Shown: positions 1-14,269 of the stretch, one piece after another
How positions within the stretch are numbered: position 1 is the first letter of the stretch
Layout: each line of letters opens with the position of its first letter
DNA from: Paramecium tetraurelia
Lineage: Eukaryota
DNA: 35,364 nt
Assembly (NCBI GenBank): GCA_000165425.1
Contig: CT868607.1
Location: 372,001-407,364, forward strand
Reading direction: 5' to 3'
Notes under the pieces: generated by a model
Told to the model about the DNA's origin: nothing
Database searches by the model: none
Seen by the model: the letters and a program-made list of their open reading frames with translations, nothing else
Position numbers and translations under genes: made by a program

Positions 1-262
1 ACAATTATTTTTGTTTGACAACAGTGCTATCATGCCATTTTTTCTTCAATTTATAAATTTAGGTAGGACTACTGGATTGAGAATCCTAGTTTCTGATACT
101 TCCTTCTGTTTTGATATTATCACTAAGAGAATTTGAATTTTAAAGCATATCTAAAGCATTAGGATTAATTATCCTAAGAAATTCTTAAAATATGGGAGAA
201 ATCTATTCAAAGTTTGTAAAATGGAATGATTCGTTTAAATAGTTTTGTTAGTTTTGTAACAT
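1..262 (-). CDS. Hypothetical protein, 5' part (runs off the window edge)
   Basis: ATG at 262; open in table 6 to position 1: MLQNQQNYLNESFHFTNFEQISPIFQEFLRIINPNALDML...KKKWHDSTVVKQKQL. Confidence 0.65.
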
Positions 263-967
263 AATAGTTTTTTAAATTAATGAAAATATTGGTATATTTT
301 ATTTTCTATATATTAAAAAATCAATTTATTCTAAAAGAATTTATTAAAATCTATTACAAATCAATCAATATGATTATGCATTAAATAGGAATAATTATAA
401 CTAAGTTAACTTACTTCAATATTAATTCTTTTTAAATAATAATGCTATTTATACTAACATAATTCTTAATATTACTACTAAATAAATTTTTGGCATATGG
501 AATACTCAGATTTAGTTATAAATTTGCACACCAAAAAGAGATAATTCTTAAATTTTATGATTTTTAATATAATTAATTATTGTAAATATAGTAATAAAAC
601 TAAGAATAGATAAATATAGGTTGGTAAGTTTTTCACCTATTATGAAAAGGATAGATGAAGCATAACAATAAATGTTAACTTCAAGAATAATTGAGAAAAA
701 ATTTGATGTCAAATTACATCACGAAACTTGATATTTTTATATTATGATCCCTCTATTAATTATTTAAGTTCATAATAATTTCACTCAAATCTTGAAATAT
801 ATATTATAGAAACGAAGAAAATTCTTGAATCAGAAATATTGAATCTTTTTTAGATTCTGTCATAGATAATTAAAATCCACCTTATTTATGAAATTTGTTA
901 TAGTTTAGGGCGAATTTATTATATATTTTATAAAGTCGAATAATAAAAGAAAATATCTTATATATGA

Positions 968-1726
968 TCATAATTATTTCAATATGTTGAAGAAATCTGA
1001 AGGGACTCTTCCTTAAACAATTATTTTTCTTTTTTTCTATTTTTATTATTGGAATACTTTTTTGAGATCACAGGTATTAAGTAACAATAAATCAAGTATT
1101 CTTTCTGTTGATTCTGAGACTTCTTTTATTTCTTTAGATTAAACTTTATTAAATCCATCTAATATTTATATCATCTATTACTTGATGCTATTTTTGTGTA
1201 ATTTAATTCTGCTATTGTTGGCATCGGTGGAATAGTTTGAGAATCTTAACATTAAGGTGATGGAGACGATCTTTTTTTCAAAATTGGAAGAGATTATTTT
1301 TTGTTCTGTCTTTCTTTTTAATCGCCAGGCTTTGAATATTCCTCAGACATATAATTTGTAAGAGTACCCAACCTCTTTGAATATATCATATACGAGTATC
1401 TTATCTTCTGATTATTAACGGTAATTCCTTCTACATAATATACTTTTATCCTAGTCTTTGATTTATTAATTTTCTAGAGTGAGATTCACTGAGTTAAAGT
1501 ACTCAATTTTCTTTAAAAGCTGAGTCTTGTCATTCAATGTTTAATTATTGACTAGTTTCTTTTTTTAAAGTATTTAGTATTTTCCTCTTATTGGAGTTTA
1601 AAAAGCCTTTCTCTTTGGACTTGGTGGTTAATGTACACTAAATGCATGCAATGAGAATTTCTAAGTAGAATCATACTTTTCTTTTTCTACTGATTTTCTC
1701 AATCTCAAAGCTACATTTGATCTCAT
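968..1726 (-). CDS. Hypothetical protein with introns; internal exon structure uncertain
   Basis: ATG AGA TCA AAT at 1726; last exon ...ILDLLLLNTCDLKKVF...GRVPSDFFNILKQL TGA at 968; several GTA..TAG mini-introns. Confidence 0.6.
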
Positions 1727-2105
1727 TATTAATATTATTATTAATAATATAAAGAGATCTAAAATACTTATTATAATATTTTAAAATATTATAATTATAA
1801 ATAATATTATCAATCTTAATAAAGGTATTGGCCTATAATATATTGTATGTTGGCATTTTAGTTCTGTAAGTAAAAAAATACATATTAATTCCTCTAAATA
1901 AATGAAAAAATTATATTAATATTTTAAAGGGAAAATACTCAATATGATGATAAATTATTCTTCATAAAATAATCTACATTAATTATGATACTATATCTAT
2001 TATAAGATTAGAAATTATGAATCCATTATAATTAATATTTATTTGAATAAAAAATTATTCAAATCATATAGCACGTAATGATTTAAAGAAAAATATAAAA
2101 AAAAG

Positions 2106-3827
2106 TCAAATATTTAGTGTTTTTCCAGAATATCTTTACAAAACCAATTAATCTTGGGCTATTTCGTCATAACCAGTACTTTAGAATGGTGATAGGCATT
2201 TCAGCATAGGGGAATCTAAATTTAATTTAGTAAATACTTTCAACAGAATTAATTCTTCCTGTAATAACTGGTGTCCTCATGATTATTTTAAGTTCTTCAT
2301 CTGACGTCTAATTTTACTTCAATTCTTAAGTGGCTTATAGTCGTAGTTCTTTAACATTCTAACTATTTTATCTTTTGATTCTGGTAAAATCAACTTTCTC
2401 AGTTCTAAATAGTGTAATGATAATATAGTAACTATTTGTTTAGCATTTTAATTCTCTCCATAAGATTGGGATCATCATCGGTTGAGATATGAGCCTCATC
2501 TTCATCAATCAGCAAAGCACTTTGCAAATATGGATGCAACAAGGCTTCACTGCTCTTGATTCTTGATATAGGCTCCTTTTAAAGCATTTGAAATAGCAGT
2601 TATTAAGCTTCTTTTGGAGCATTTTAGAAATGTGGGGAATCAAAGTTAATATTGGCTTCCTTATTCTGTTTCACAATTGTGTTATAAGTCTTGCCAGTAA
2701 AGGCAGGTCTCCCAGTCAATCTAATAATAATAATACTGAAAAGTACAAAATATAAAAGACAACTCCCATTGAATAGACATCGCAAACTGAATCATAAGGT
2801 TGATATACATTTTTTAGATTAATGATTTCTGGTGCAACAAATCCAGGAGTACCACATTTTTAGTATAAATATGGTTTCTTATTTACATGAGTGGCCAATC
2901 CGAAATCAGCAATAACCACAGAATCGAAATTGCTTTAAATATCTTAATAAATATACCCCTGTTATTTAAATAAGATATTTTCCAATTTTAAATCTCTATG
3001 CATTATTCCTTTTGAATGCATATGTTTAAGACCCATGAGTAACCCAACCATTATACTCTATACTTGTTTTTCTGTGAAGGAGATTTTCTTTTTTAAATAT
3101 TCGAATAATTGATCTCCTTCTAATAATTCAAGACCCATATAGATAGAATTCTTTGTTTCATACACTTCATACAAACTCATTAAATTAGGATGATCTAACT
3201 CTCTCATTATTTAGATTTCATTGATTAATCCTTCCTAAAATGAAGTACACTAAACTTACTCTTCCTTTTTCTTCATTATAAACAATTTGTTTTGAAAATG
3301 CCTTCACTGCCATTTTTAAATTGTCTTCTATTCTTTCAGCCAAATAAACAGATGCGAAATTTCCTCTCCCAATTTTTTTATAAACACGGAATAAATTGTG
3401 AAATCCAATTTAATTTATTTTTTTTCCCAAAAAGTCCCTTAATTGGTGCATCTATTCAGTTTTTCCTTAAATTTCATAGGGTTTCTCAATATTTTCCACA
3501 ATCAAACGAATAGCTACTATTTCCCCTAAATCTAATATCTCTTCTCCTCTAACTTTGCTATGATGTTTCTCCTATTTTAATTTCGGAGGAGTTCTTATCA
3601 CTTCAAATTTGCTAGTGAATTCCAGATCAAATAGTTTATAAGGCGTCGTATAGAATTGATCCTAGAATCCATAAATGTAGTATTACTTTATATTTTATGA
3701 GATATTCATTAAAACATCCAATATAAATGTCATTAGATTTCTTGCCAACCTTCTGAAATTTGAACTAAAGTATAGGCTTCTCCTTAATGTCATAATTAAT
3801 CTTTCTCCAAACCTTGTTCTATTGCAT
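2106..3827 (-). CDS. Ser/Thr protein kinase (CAMK-like) with N-terminal extension
   Basis: IGRGNFASVYLA, AVKAFSK, HRDLKLEN, ADFG, CGTPGFVAPE motifs; mini-introns; TGA at 2106. Confidence 0.93.
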
Positions 3828-4019
3828 AATTAAATAATCTTATTTATAAAATATATTTAGACTGATTTTCTTTTTTTTAATACTATAATTATACAGGAAA
3901 ATTGCATTTATTCTTAAAATATTTCATTCATAATCATTTTCATATCTTTATCTCTATAATATTGGTTCATGTTTTAAAAGTATGTAAACAATTTTAATCT
4001 ATATTAATTAATCCATAAA

Positions 4020-5630
4020 ATGAACGATTTATTTAGCAAAGCCAATTCAATTAAATGTCATATCAAACACCATTCTGATTTAGGTTTAGGAATCTCAGTG
4101 ATGTGTTTGGATGAAAAATGTATTAGTAATAAAAAGGCTATTTGTGCTATTTGTGCAAAAGAATCCCATATTAATCATAAAGTCATAAGCATCTCCAAAA
4201 TCGATCAATGTATAACTGAATATTAAGAAAGATGGGTTTAAAATAAGTTAAAATAGTAATTGGTGAATGATTTCGAAACAATAACAGAAGAAATAGGTCA
4301 GAATTTTTTGAAGTATGGATCTCAATTTTCTTAAATTTTGGATGAGATTAATTAAGTGTAAAGTATATACAAGACATATATTCAATGTGAAGAAGTCACT
4401 GAAGTAGTCTTATAAAAATTGGGTTAAGAATTACAAGAATTGACAAGATTGGATGCCGGATCTTTGAGTCTAAAATTTTCTGGTTAGAAGCAAATAAGTC
4501 AATTAAAACAATTTGTTTTGGAAATGCAATCACTAAACATATTGTTAAGTAAAGCCTAAAAATCAAATGAAATGTTATAATCGATTATTATGTAATCTTA
4601 AGAAAGAGACTAATTAAAATAATACTTAGAAAACTTAGAAAAATTGTAATATGAATAAGCATAAGATCAAGTTAAAAACAATGTAAATGAGGATAGCTTC
4701 GACTTATGTGATAAGAATCTAATTAAATTGAAATTAGATTACTATAATAGTGTTACTGCAATTGATGTAACCAATGATGGATAACTTTTTGCTGGTGGTT
4801 CTAATTGGAATAACAAAGTAGTAGTTTATGATTTGGATTCAATGATTGAATTGAAATGTTTCATTTGTTAATCCGATAGAATATAAGCATTGAAATTTTC
4901 ACCCAATAAAAAGTGGTTATTGGTTGGAAGTGGTAGATAGTCTGATATTTGGATGTGGGATATCAATAATTTAGATTAACGTCCAATAATTTTCAAAGGA
5001 CATAGTGAAGGGATAAATAGATTTAGCTTTTCATCTGATTCTAGATATTTTTGTTCTGTAAGTGGTGATAGATAAGGAATAGTGTGGAACATTGAAACTA
5101 ATAAATAAGAATATCGATTAAATGGACACGCATAAGCTGTTAATGGTTGTTCATTTGGTGGAGGGAATTGGTTAATGGAAATGGATAAAGAAAATTAGAA
5201 TGTTAATTTGATAATTGCAACAATTGGTGATGATAAAAATATAATCCTATACAAAAATCAAAAGATCTTAAGAAAATGGTAGGCTCATAATGATGAAGGA
5301 TATTGTGTAGAATTCTCATATGATTATGAATGGATAATTTCATCAGGAAAGGATAAATTCATTAAATTATGGTCAGCAAGAAATTTCGTTTTGTTGAAGT
5401 AATTTGAAGGACATTAAAGAGGGATATGGACATGTGGATTTTCTCCATTTTCTTAGTATATCGCATCTGCCTCTTGGGATGACACAATAAGAATCTGGAA
5501 TGTCAACAATGTGAATGATATAATCTAAGTGAATAATGAATTTGTGAATTTGCCATAAGTGTGTATTAATGGATTTTCTAGGTGTGTAATCGCAAGTAGC
5601 AAAACAGTATTTAATATCTGGAGAAGATGA
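4020..5630 (+). CDS. Protein with N-terminal Cys/His (B-box-like) zinc domain, coiled coil and C-terminal WD40 repeats
   Basis: 1611-nt span in table 6; WD repeats [63 protein letters not shown]; N-terminal CHIKHH..CLDEKC..CAIC..H..H. Confidence 0.9.
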
Positions 5631-5692
5631 TAGAGTAGTTGTTTATTAAGAATATATTCAATATATATATATATATTAAATAAAGATCTAAT

Positions 5693-6966
5693 TCATTATG
5701 TTTCTATTATTCCAATGACTTCAACGAAGTTAAAATTGTTCTTTTAGATTTAGAATACTTTCATTATAGGTTAACGACATAAATAGCATTCCTTATTCTT
5801 CAAGAGAAGATTGGATGCACATTTCAGACATAAACCACCTGTAAATATACTTTGATATGAATACCATGCCCACAATTCATAAGTACGTATCCACTTTCAT
5901 TTTCAAAACATATCAAACATTTCATATCAGCATCATTTGATTTACGAGGAGATGTAGATAGAATTTCAAATGGCTTGTCAGTTTATTGGAAATAAGTGGA
6001 AGAGATCTTCATTAGATATTTGGGAATGCCTTCATTCATGAATACTTCGTTTTCGGAGGTGCCGACTTATGGGATCATATTGTGAATTTACTAATAATAT
6101 TATCTTATTGTCTATTTACTGTTACTTTACTTCTTTACGAATAATGAATGACACGATCATCATTACTACCCACCCAATTATGCACATTATCGGAAGGTAG
6201 ATCATAGTGAAATTCTAGTCCATTGTGAGACAAAAGTTCAATAAAGTAAAGAATGGGTTGAATGTTAGACAATGCAATTATATTGTATACCAAATACCCC
6301 CATAATATTTTAAATTTGTGCTGTTTCTTCTTTCAAGAGAATAATTGAATCTTTTCAAAGTCTTATACAATAAATTCAAAATCATGCAAATTTAAAATAG
6401 TAAACCACAAACTAAAATAAACCACAATATAACAAATATCTACATCCAGCTCCATGGCAATACAGAATTTAAATGCAGTGATAAAAATAAAAGCTACAAA
6501 CTTAAAAAACATTTCAACATTCCTACACACTTTCAACTATTAAACTATATAATTACTAATTTAAAAAGTCCCAGTGATTGATCAACGTTCAACTAAGTTC
6601 TGCAAATCTTAAAAAGCACTGAAAGTATAGATAGGCCTAACAATGAACTTGCCAAATATATTAGTAAATCCTTCATGAAAATAGCAAGAACCTATTATCT
6701 CCTATATTTTTACTTGGACACCAGCCAACAACGAATATTCCAATATGTATTTTATCTTACTACTCTTCAAAGGTACTATATGATAAACAAAAGCTATGAA
6801 AATTATTGCTAAACCATTTAAAGCAATGGTGTAAAAGTAATCATTCAAAAGACAACACACATTGATGTTAATTAAATATTACTGTATCAAAGCTTATTTT
6901 ACTAAAATCTAATTATTAAGAACATAATACTTTTAATATGATTTTGTTTTGCCTTTATTCATCCAT
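5693..6966 (-). CDS. Multi-pass membrane protein with C-terminal C3HC4 RING finger (putative E3 ligase)
   Basis: Hydrophobic N-terminal half; CLICFEN..CGHG..LCLKCA..ECYLCRQPI; TGA at 5693. Confidence 0.85.
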
Positions 6967-7028
6967 TTTATCTTATATATTAATGTATTACAAGATTATA
7001 TATATACTAATAATTCAAAAATATAAAA

Positions 7029-8374
7029 TCATGCTTTCCCTGCGAAATTCAAATTGCATAACGCCAACTACAAAGCTATTAAAGGGCTTAAAGGACTCAT
7101 GAAATCCAAATTAAATCGATTCTTATCAATTTTTCCAAATTAAACATAAATCACATCTTTATCATCATTTTTTAGGACTAATTAAAAATTCTTTATTGAT
7201 GGTTTTTTCACTCTTCCGAAGAAATCAAGAGTATATAATTTTTCTAATAATTTCTAAAATACTTACATGCGCCTGCTATAATAACCTAAGGTTTACGACT
7301 AACAAATTATAGGGTTTCCTTTTCACTTTTTCTTAATGCTAAAACTATTTTCCTTGGTCGAGTCTAACTTTCAAAAGTAGTATCAAAAAACACACTACCT
7401 AATTATGTCCTCTATTTTTTGAATTTACTTTGATCCTTCTTTTTTACTCCGTTATCAAATAAATTATAATCCGCCTTTGATTATTAGCTTTATACAACTT
7501 TACCTAACATCAGCAACTCATCTTTCTACTTAAAATCTCCATCCTATGTGACAATATATTTATTTTTATTTAAAACCTTTTTTGCAGCAAGCAAAAATTA
7601 ACCATTATGACTCCAATACATTCTGTATTTTGGAACAAATCTGTTAAGTCCAGATTTGTCTCTTTATATTGTGCATTAAAACATTCCTTCTGTGGGGATA
7701 GGAGTAATAAGAAAATTATGTAAATAATCTGGCAAATGTATTTAGGTAATTTTTTCAGCATATGGAGATATAGGAGGAATAGCTATTAGATCTTGAACAG
7801 AAATTTCTTCAAAATTACATATATCAATAACGCATTCCAATTATTCTTATTATTATTGTGATTCTTATTGTTATTGCTATAGTTATTATTATTATTACTA
7901 ATTTTATATCTTTTATTGTTATTGTTATTATTATTGCTATTATTATTATTATTGTTATTATTATAAATTTAGTTTATTTTCTTCTTTTTGTTATTTAAAT
8001 ATAGTTTAGGTAATTTATTCATGTTTATCTTCTTCTTCTTATTACTATACTGGATCAAATTAAGCAACATCAAATAATTAAGGGTCTACATTTAATTCAA
8101 TAGATCCTCTTAATTATTCATTATCTTATATAAAAGTTTGCTTTTCGATAACAAATGCACTCAAATCAATATCATGGGATTCATATTAAGCATTCCCTAC
8201 TCCTAGATTTTTTGTATAATTTTTATTTTTCTTGAGGACTTATTTTTACTTTTCTATCAATTAAATAAATTATACTTTTTAATCTAATTCTTCGCTCAAG
8301 CCGAAAGTATCTAAACAAATGTTTGGTGTTTCATCCTCATCACTGTTTTCAATAATATTGCAATCTAAAAACAT
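7029..8374 (-). CDS. Tubby C-terminal domain protein with poly-Q tract
   Basis: YTLDFFGRVKKPSIKNFQL..QFGKIDKNRFNLDFMSPLSPLIALQLAL matches the Tubby signature; ATG TTT TTA GAT at 8374. Confidence 0.88.
7843..7965 (-). repeat. Low-complexity Gln-rich tract (TAA/CAA/TAG codons) in the Tubby gene
   Basis: Runs of ttattattg/ttattatta on the + strand. Confidence 0.8.
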
Positions 8375-8411
8375 TATTAATATAAATATAAATAAATAGA
8401 TAAAGTATAAT

Positions 8412-9397
8412 TCATTGGTTTTTGATACCCACATTTTTAACTATCTGTTTAAAATTTTCATGATTGTATGATAATTTTCTGTCGCACATGGACTTACTAT
8501 TTTATAGAATTGAGATTTTGTTCATGCTTGGTTGACTTCGTTTACATTTAATTAAAAATTTGAAATCTGCATTTCTATTTAATAAATATGACATCCTTTA
8601 ACTCTTTGAAACCCTACCCAATAGACTAAACAAGACAGTTAAAGTTTCTTCTTCACTAAGTAATTCTGGGTCAATTCTATTTGAGAATACGTCTGTCTGC
8701 ATAGTATCATTTTTAGGAGATGTGAGTGTAAAAGTGGTCCTAGTTCTATTGATCTCTGATTCTAAACAATTGATTTTCGATTTCAATAAGCTAATTTAAT
8801 TCATTGAATCTTATTCCCTATTTTACTATTATGAACTAACTCTTTTTGCCATCTACAACTCATTGCGTAAATCTTCAATTATTTATTGTTACTATTCATT
8901 AACTTATTATAATTATAACACTTTTTTGGCATCAGCTTGTCTTTTCTCTTAATTATCCTACAATTCATTTGTCAGATATTCAATTTTAATGTTTATTTAT
9001 CCAATTTGATGAATTTATTGCTCAATAACTTTCTGCTATTCTTTAATTTAGTGTTGTAATATCTATAGTTCTGAATTACCTTTTCCTTCCTTTTATTTCA
9101 TAATTTTAAGCATTTATTCATCATTTGAATTCTCCTTACAATTAAAGGTCTGCATAGTAAAGACCTTCTATTTGTTTATGGGGATTTGAGTCTACTCGGT
9201 TGTTCTTCTTAGAATGCGTTGGACTTGTTCCCTTGTCAGAGATTATTTTTTCTTTGATTAAGGAGTCAGTCGATCAGATTATTGTGACATGGAAGATACT
9301 GTAATATCTGGAACAGGAATTCCATCTATCAATTTCTCCAATTCCCTGTAATTCTACTACACTATTAATACTTAATTACCGTAATGTATTCATCCAT
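8412..9397 (-). CDS. Hypothetical coiled-coil protein
   Basis: MDEYIT, then a gtaatt..tag intron; K/E/Q/L-rich frame continues through the supplied ORF 8598..8786; TGA at 8412. Confidence 0.7.
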
Positions 9398-9927
9398 TTT
9401 GATATTTTAAATTTATTAACGATAGTCAAAAATTTATCAGCCATATTCATATTAAAAGCAATACCTTTATTTATTCATAATTTATTCCAATTTCTGCTCA
9501 TTTCTATTGCAATTCCACAATGGATATTGATTTTTTGATAATAATTGATTTTTCATTTATGTACTCTAAGATTATTTTATTTTAAATTGCATGAAATATC
9601 TATTTGTTTAAAAGAACTCAGTTCTAAGAGTCTTATGAAAAACCATAAAAATAGTTTAGTTCTTGAATCAATTATGTTCTGAAATGCCTGTTATGCCATC
9701 AATATTTCACTTAAATCTCAATCTAATCTTCACCTTGAAACATACCATTAGATACCCAGTAGTTAATATCATACTACAAGTTAAATGCTATTTCACTTAG
9801 AACAAGTAAATTACATGCACAGATTATTTTAGTTACAATATTGAAATCTTATACTTAAATGAATTTAAATTTATTATATATAAAGAACAATCCAAAATAC
9901 CAAATTTTCATTTATAATTTTATATTA

Positions 9928-10792
9928 TCAATCCAAAGTCCAATCGATGGGTTGTTTTCCATTCTGAATTAAATATTAATTACACTTTGAGAAGTGATCT
10001 AATCATTTAAATATTTTATTACTTGACTCAAAGAAACCATTTTTTGCAGACAATGGACTTGGATGAACTGTTTCTAATATGTGATGTTTTTATCTATCCA
10101 CTCCCTTGGCCTTCTTTTAGGCTGGCAATCCCCACAATAAGAAAACTAATCCACTACATTCTCTATTGATAACTTCAATCACTTAATCCGTAAATTTGAT
10201 CCACCCGCAATCCTTATGTGAATTAGACTTCCCAGCTTCAACAGTCAATACAGTATTAAGTAAAAATACTCCTTATTGAGCCCATTTGGTAAGATCACCA
10301 TGATTTGGAGTAGTAAATCCTTTAACATCAGTCTGAAGTAATTTATAAACATTCTTTAGGCTGGGAGGTATCTTTGTCTATGAACGAGGGACGGAGAAAC
10401 ACAACCCCATAGCTTCGTTTTAATTGATGTAAGGGTCTTATCCAACGATTACCACTTTAATCTTGTTTATGGGCGTAAGTTGGAATGCATTGAATATTTT
10501 CTCAAATGGAGGGTAACATGTTTTAGTCTAATATTCTTTTTTGATGAATTCATAAATGTGTTTGAGGTTGGCTTCTTAGCTTTTTAAACTCTTTTACCAA
10601 CTAAACAAGCCATTATAAAAATCATCAAAAGGAACAATACCTTCAGGGACAGGCTTATACATTTATGAAAAGAAGTACTTTGTATTCCTCCTCAATAATT
10701 TTAGAAGCATTATTTTATTGTTATTCCTTTTATTCTGATTTTTTTTCCTTTGATTCGAAAAATTGATCAATCTTCTACTTTTTTGGAGGCAT
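9928..10792 (-). CDS. UNG: Uracil-DNA glycosylase, family 1
   Basis: [55 protein letters not shown]-terminal PIDW; N-terminal QKIDQFF is PIP-like. Confidence 0.97.
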
Positions 10793-10862
10793 TTTAATTA
10801 TTTATATATTAATATCTGAGCAAATTCTGCTCTGAGATTTATATATAAAAACATTAACATTT

Positions 10863-11476
10863 ATGTACAGACTTCAAAGTCCTCTTAAAAATATGTTATT
10901 AACTCCGTTCAGCAAGCTAATTAATCAAGAAGAATAATTGTTTTCACTTTTCTAGCCAAATTTTTAATTCTGCTTTGTTAACCATTATAAATAATAGCAA
11001 ATATTGTTAAGCAAAATAACTGAGAATTTTTAAGTAATTAGATTGATATTGGGAATAAAAAAAAGGTTAGTATTGAAAAAATGTTGCTTAATTTTTTGTT
11101 AGGATTCCTATTTAATAAAGAGTATTTTAATTCGTTTTTGTATTCTTGTAAGAATTCTATAAGTTTATGATTTCTGGTTTATATTTCTTATTTGTTTTAA
11201 TTAATTAAAGTAATGAATAGAAAAATGCCAATTATTGAAGAGTTTTATTTTGTTAAGACAAAGACCCCATTAATAATGCCAATCGCAGGGGATCCTTGTA
11301 ATTTATTTACCAATACTTCATTGGATTGCTCTTGTTCAATGTACAATCGAGAAGAATAATATTTGAGAAAGTTTAAGAATGTGATGATCGAAGAAGATTA
11401 ATAAAAATAAAAACTCTTGATTCTCTAGCAAGAATTGTCTTTGTATTTTGAAACACTTAGGAAATTTAAATTATGA
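10863..11476 (+). CDS. Hypothetical protein; intron boundaries uncertain
   Basis: MYRLQSPLKNMLLTPF..; last exon ..PIIEEFYFVKTKTPLIMPIAGDPC..RKFKL TGA. Confidence 0.55.
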
Positions 11477-11726
11477 AAAGCTACAATTCATTTAAATAAT
11501 TATTGATTATATTTATTCCAAATCTGCATATACATTACAATATACCTATTGTTCTAGTCTGGATTCTGTTTTGATCTAAATGCTAGTCTTTTTATTTCTC
11601 GAATTACCAAAAGTGAAATGGAATATAAATTACTTAAAATTTTACTCAACTTTCTGGTGATTAATTGGAATATAAAGAATAATATTTCTTAGTTTAATAC
11701 TTAATTTATATTCATACATTAAAACT

Positions 11727-14169
11727 TCAATAAATTAAACATTGACAGTCATCTCTAGTCGATTTCCTAACTCTTTCTTATTATTAATTACGTCTAATTA
11801 AATTTTCTAAAACACTTTCATCTATTATTACTAAATGATCTTGTTCCTAAGAAATAATATGATATTAGTTACATCATATTGTTTAGATAATCTTACAGGT
11901 TAAACAATTTGATTTGCTGATTATAATCTGATGGCTTGCTTAAAATTAGTTGGTCCAAAATCGCTATTTGATTTCCCTAAAACCATTTACAATTCATTAG
12001 CTACTTCAAACCTATTTAATTTTCTCTTCTCCTTAGAATCTGGGAATTTGAGTTCATTCGTATTTTCTATAGGCTATTCAACCTAAGTACTAACTCCCTC
12101 TATATCTTCTTCCGATTTCTTATCCGAAGGTAAATTGTTTTTCTCCCAATTCTTAGTTTCTTTTTCTTTTTTGATGTTATGAGTTTCTTTAATTTTCTGT
12201 TCTTATCTTTTCCTATTCAACATTTCGGATGGATCAAATAACTCCTTTTGTTCATCCATTTCCATTAATGATTTATCTAACTGCTTTACATCAGATTTAA
12301 CTACAGAAATGTTTACAGATTTGGATACTTTAACGTAGTTCTTTATTCTCTAAGTTTAACGCTTAAGAAAGCTATCCATCATTAAACACGCTTTTAATAT
12401 ATCTTTGCTTTCATTTTTTTCTCTCATTATTAAATTTCCTGATTAAATGGCTTTGACTGCTGTCTTAAATTTTTGACTAGGCTTTGCTGTAATAACTTAT
12501 TCCTCATTACTACTTGATTCACTACTCACTTCTTTTTCTTTTTCCTTTTCTTTTTTTTATTATTATTATTATGATATGTTTAATTATGATGTATTTTATC
12601 TATCTCCTAATTACCTCTAAGACGATATTCCACCTTAATTACTCTCCGCATCTAAGTCTTTACCATAATTTTGGTATTATATTGTTGTTGTTGTATGCTT
12701 TGTAATTCCATCAAAAATGATCTTGACGTATTATTTTAACTTATTATAACCATCAGTACATATCATAGTATGAAGTGAGTTTTTAAAGTCTTCTCGTTCA
12801 ATAGAATTGTTCTTTACGATATTTTTATCTGCAAAAAGATGATGACATTGAATGATTTCATATATTTACTTTTTAGGCATTAACTAATAAGATTTTTTGA
12901 AAAATTTTTCCATACACTTCTACATATCTTATCGAGCAAATGATTCTTTCTGTTAATATTGTTCATTAAGAAATCTCTAAAATTTCAAAGTCAAAAATTA
13001 TTTTTCTGCATATTTAGCAAATTAAGCGCAATTCCATAACACTAATGCCTAGTTTAATAATAAAGATTTACTTCCAGAAACTAAGATTAATTAGGATTCT
13101 TTTTTGTTCTTTTAATTTTAAGACAACTCTAATGAATACATAATTTTAATGCTACAAAATCAATTATTTTGTGAATCTTTAATTTCCTTGTTTCTTCCTG
13201 TGTCTTTTCATCCACTTACATGACCTTACTTAATGATTACAAAATCTATTAGATCACTTCAAAAGTAATCCATTATTATATATTCTTAAATTTTAATAAA
13301 ATATTTTCAACATCTCTAAAGGAAATTTTATTAGTATTTTTCTCTTTTAAATAATCAATTCCCATCTCTTTTAAAATTGAAATAAGACTTGTAATATTTT
13401 TAATTTCGACTTCTTTCCCTCTAATGATCTCAGTTCCCTTGATGATATCCAGTCGTTTTTATTTATTCTTGATATCTTGATATGTATATTCCAAATAGAA
13501 ACTTAAAATGTATGGAAATATCAATAAATAATCCACCTTATTTTATTCATTAGGCAACATAAAATTTTCCCCTATGTCATCCATTAACTTTTAGGTTAAT
13601 ATACCATCAAAAGCCTCCCCTTCAATCAAAGTCCGATCACTAAAAACCTTAAATTTCCTATGTCCAATAAGCTCCAACATTGTAAATAACATTTTTTTGA
13701 AGCTCTTTCTTCTCCAAACTGAAATTTCTATTCTTATCAAATGATGCATAAAAATCGACATAAAAATCATGTAAATCCCTCACGGAAATAACGGTAAAAA
13801 AATATATGAGCTCTCTAAATTAAATACACACATAATTACGGTCTCAGTTCACTTAGGTCCCTATATGATTCCATATTCATGATTGGCTTAGAATTACTTA
13901 ATAATGAAAAGCTCTTTTTTTTAGAATCTTCATCTGCTTTTTAAAAATTGACAAGCATGTACAGTATTGTATGAAATGCACAATCCTAACTTCGAATGAA
14001 AAATTGAAACTCTATTCTAAATAAAATATTGACTACCCTCACCATCCTTGCCTCCTTTCTTTGAAGATGTAAAGGATTTAAAAAAAGAAGATTACTTATT
14101 CAGTAGTCTTTTATCCTTCTCATCAACGCCATTCTATTGGGATTATTAAGTAGCTTTTCTAGAAATCAT
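11727..14169 (-). CDS. Large uncharacterised protein, tandem paralogue A, C-terminus CQCLIY (CaaX-like)
   Basis: Blocks FYVDFYASFD, FPYILSFYLEYTY, RLDIIKGTEIIRGKEVEIKNITSL and LKACLMMDSFLKR are shared with paralogue B. Confidence 0.8.
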
Positions 14170-14269
14170 TTATTTTTTTTTTCAACTTACTATAAATAAA
14201 TTGTGAGATGAAGAATATACAAGTTAACATATAAGTGTAAATAAATGATCTTTAATTATGAAGATTAAA

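Noticed and set aside
642..731. 29-codon ORF on +
   Set aside because: Too short and featureless.
9420..9912. Possible small - strand gene between the coiled-coil gene and UNG
   Set aside because: I could not build a consistent frame and intron model, and found no recognisable motif.
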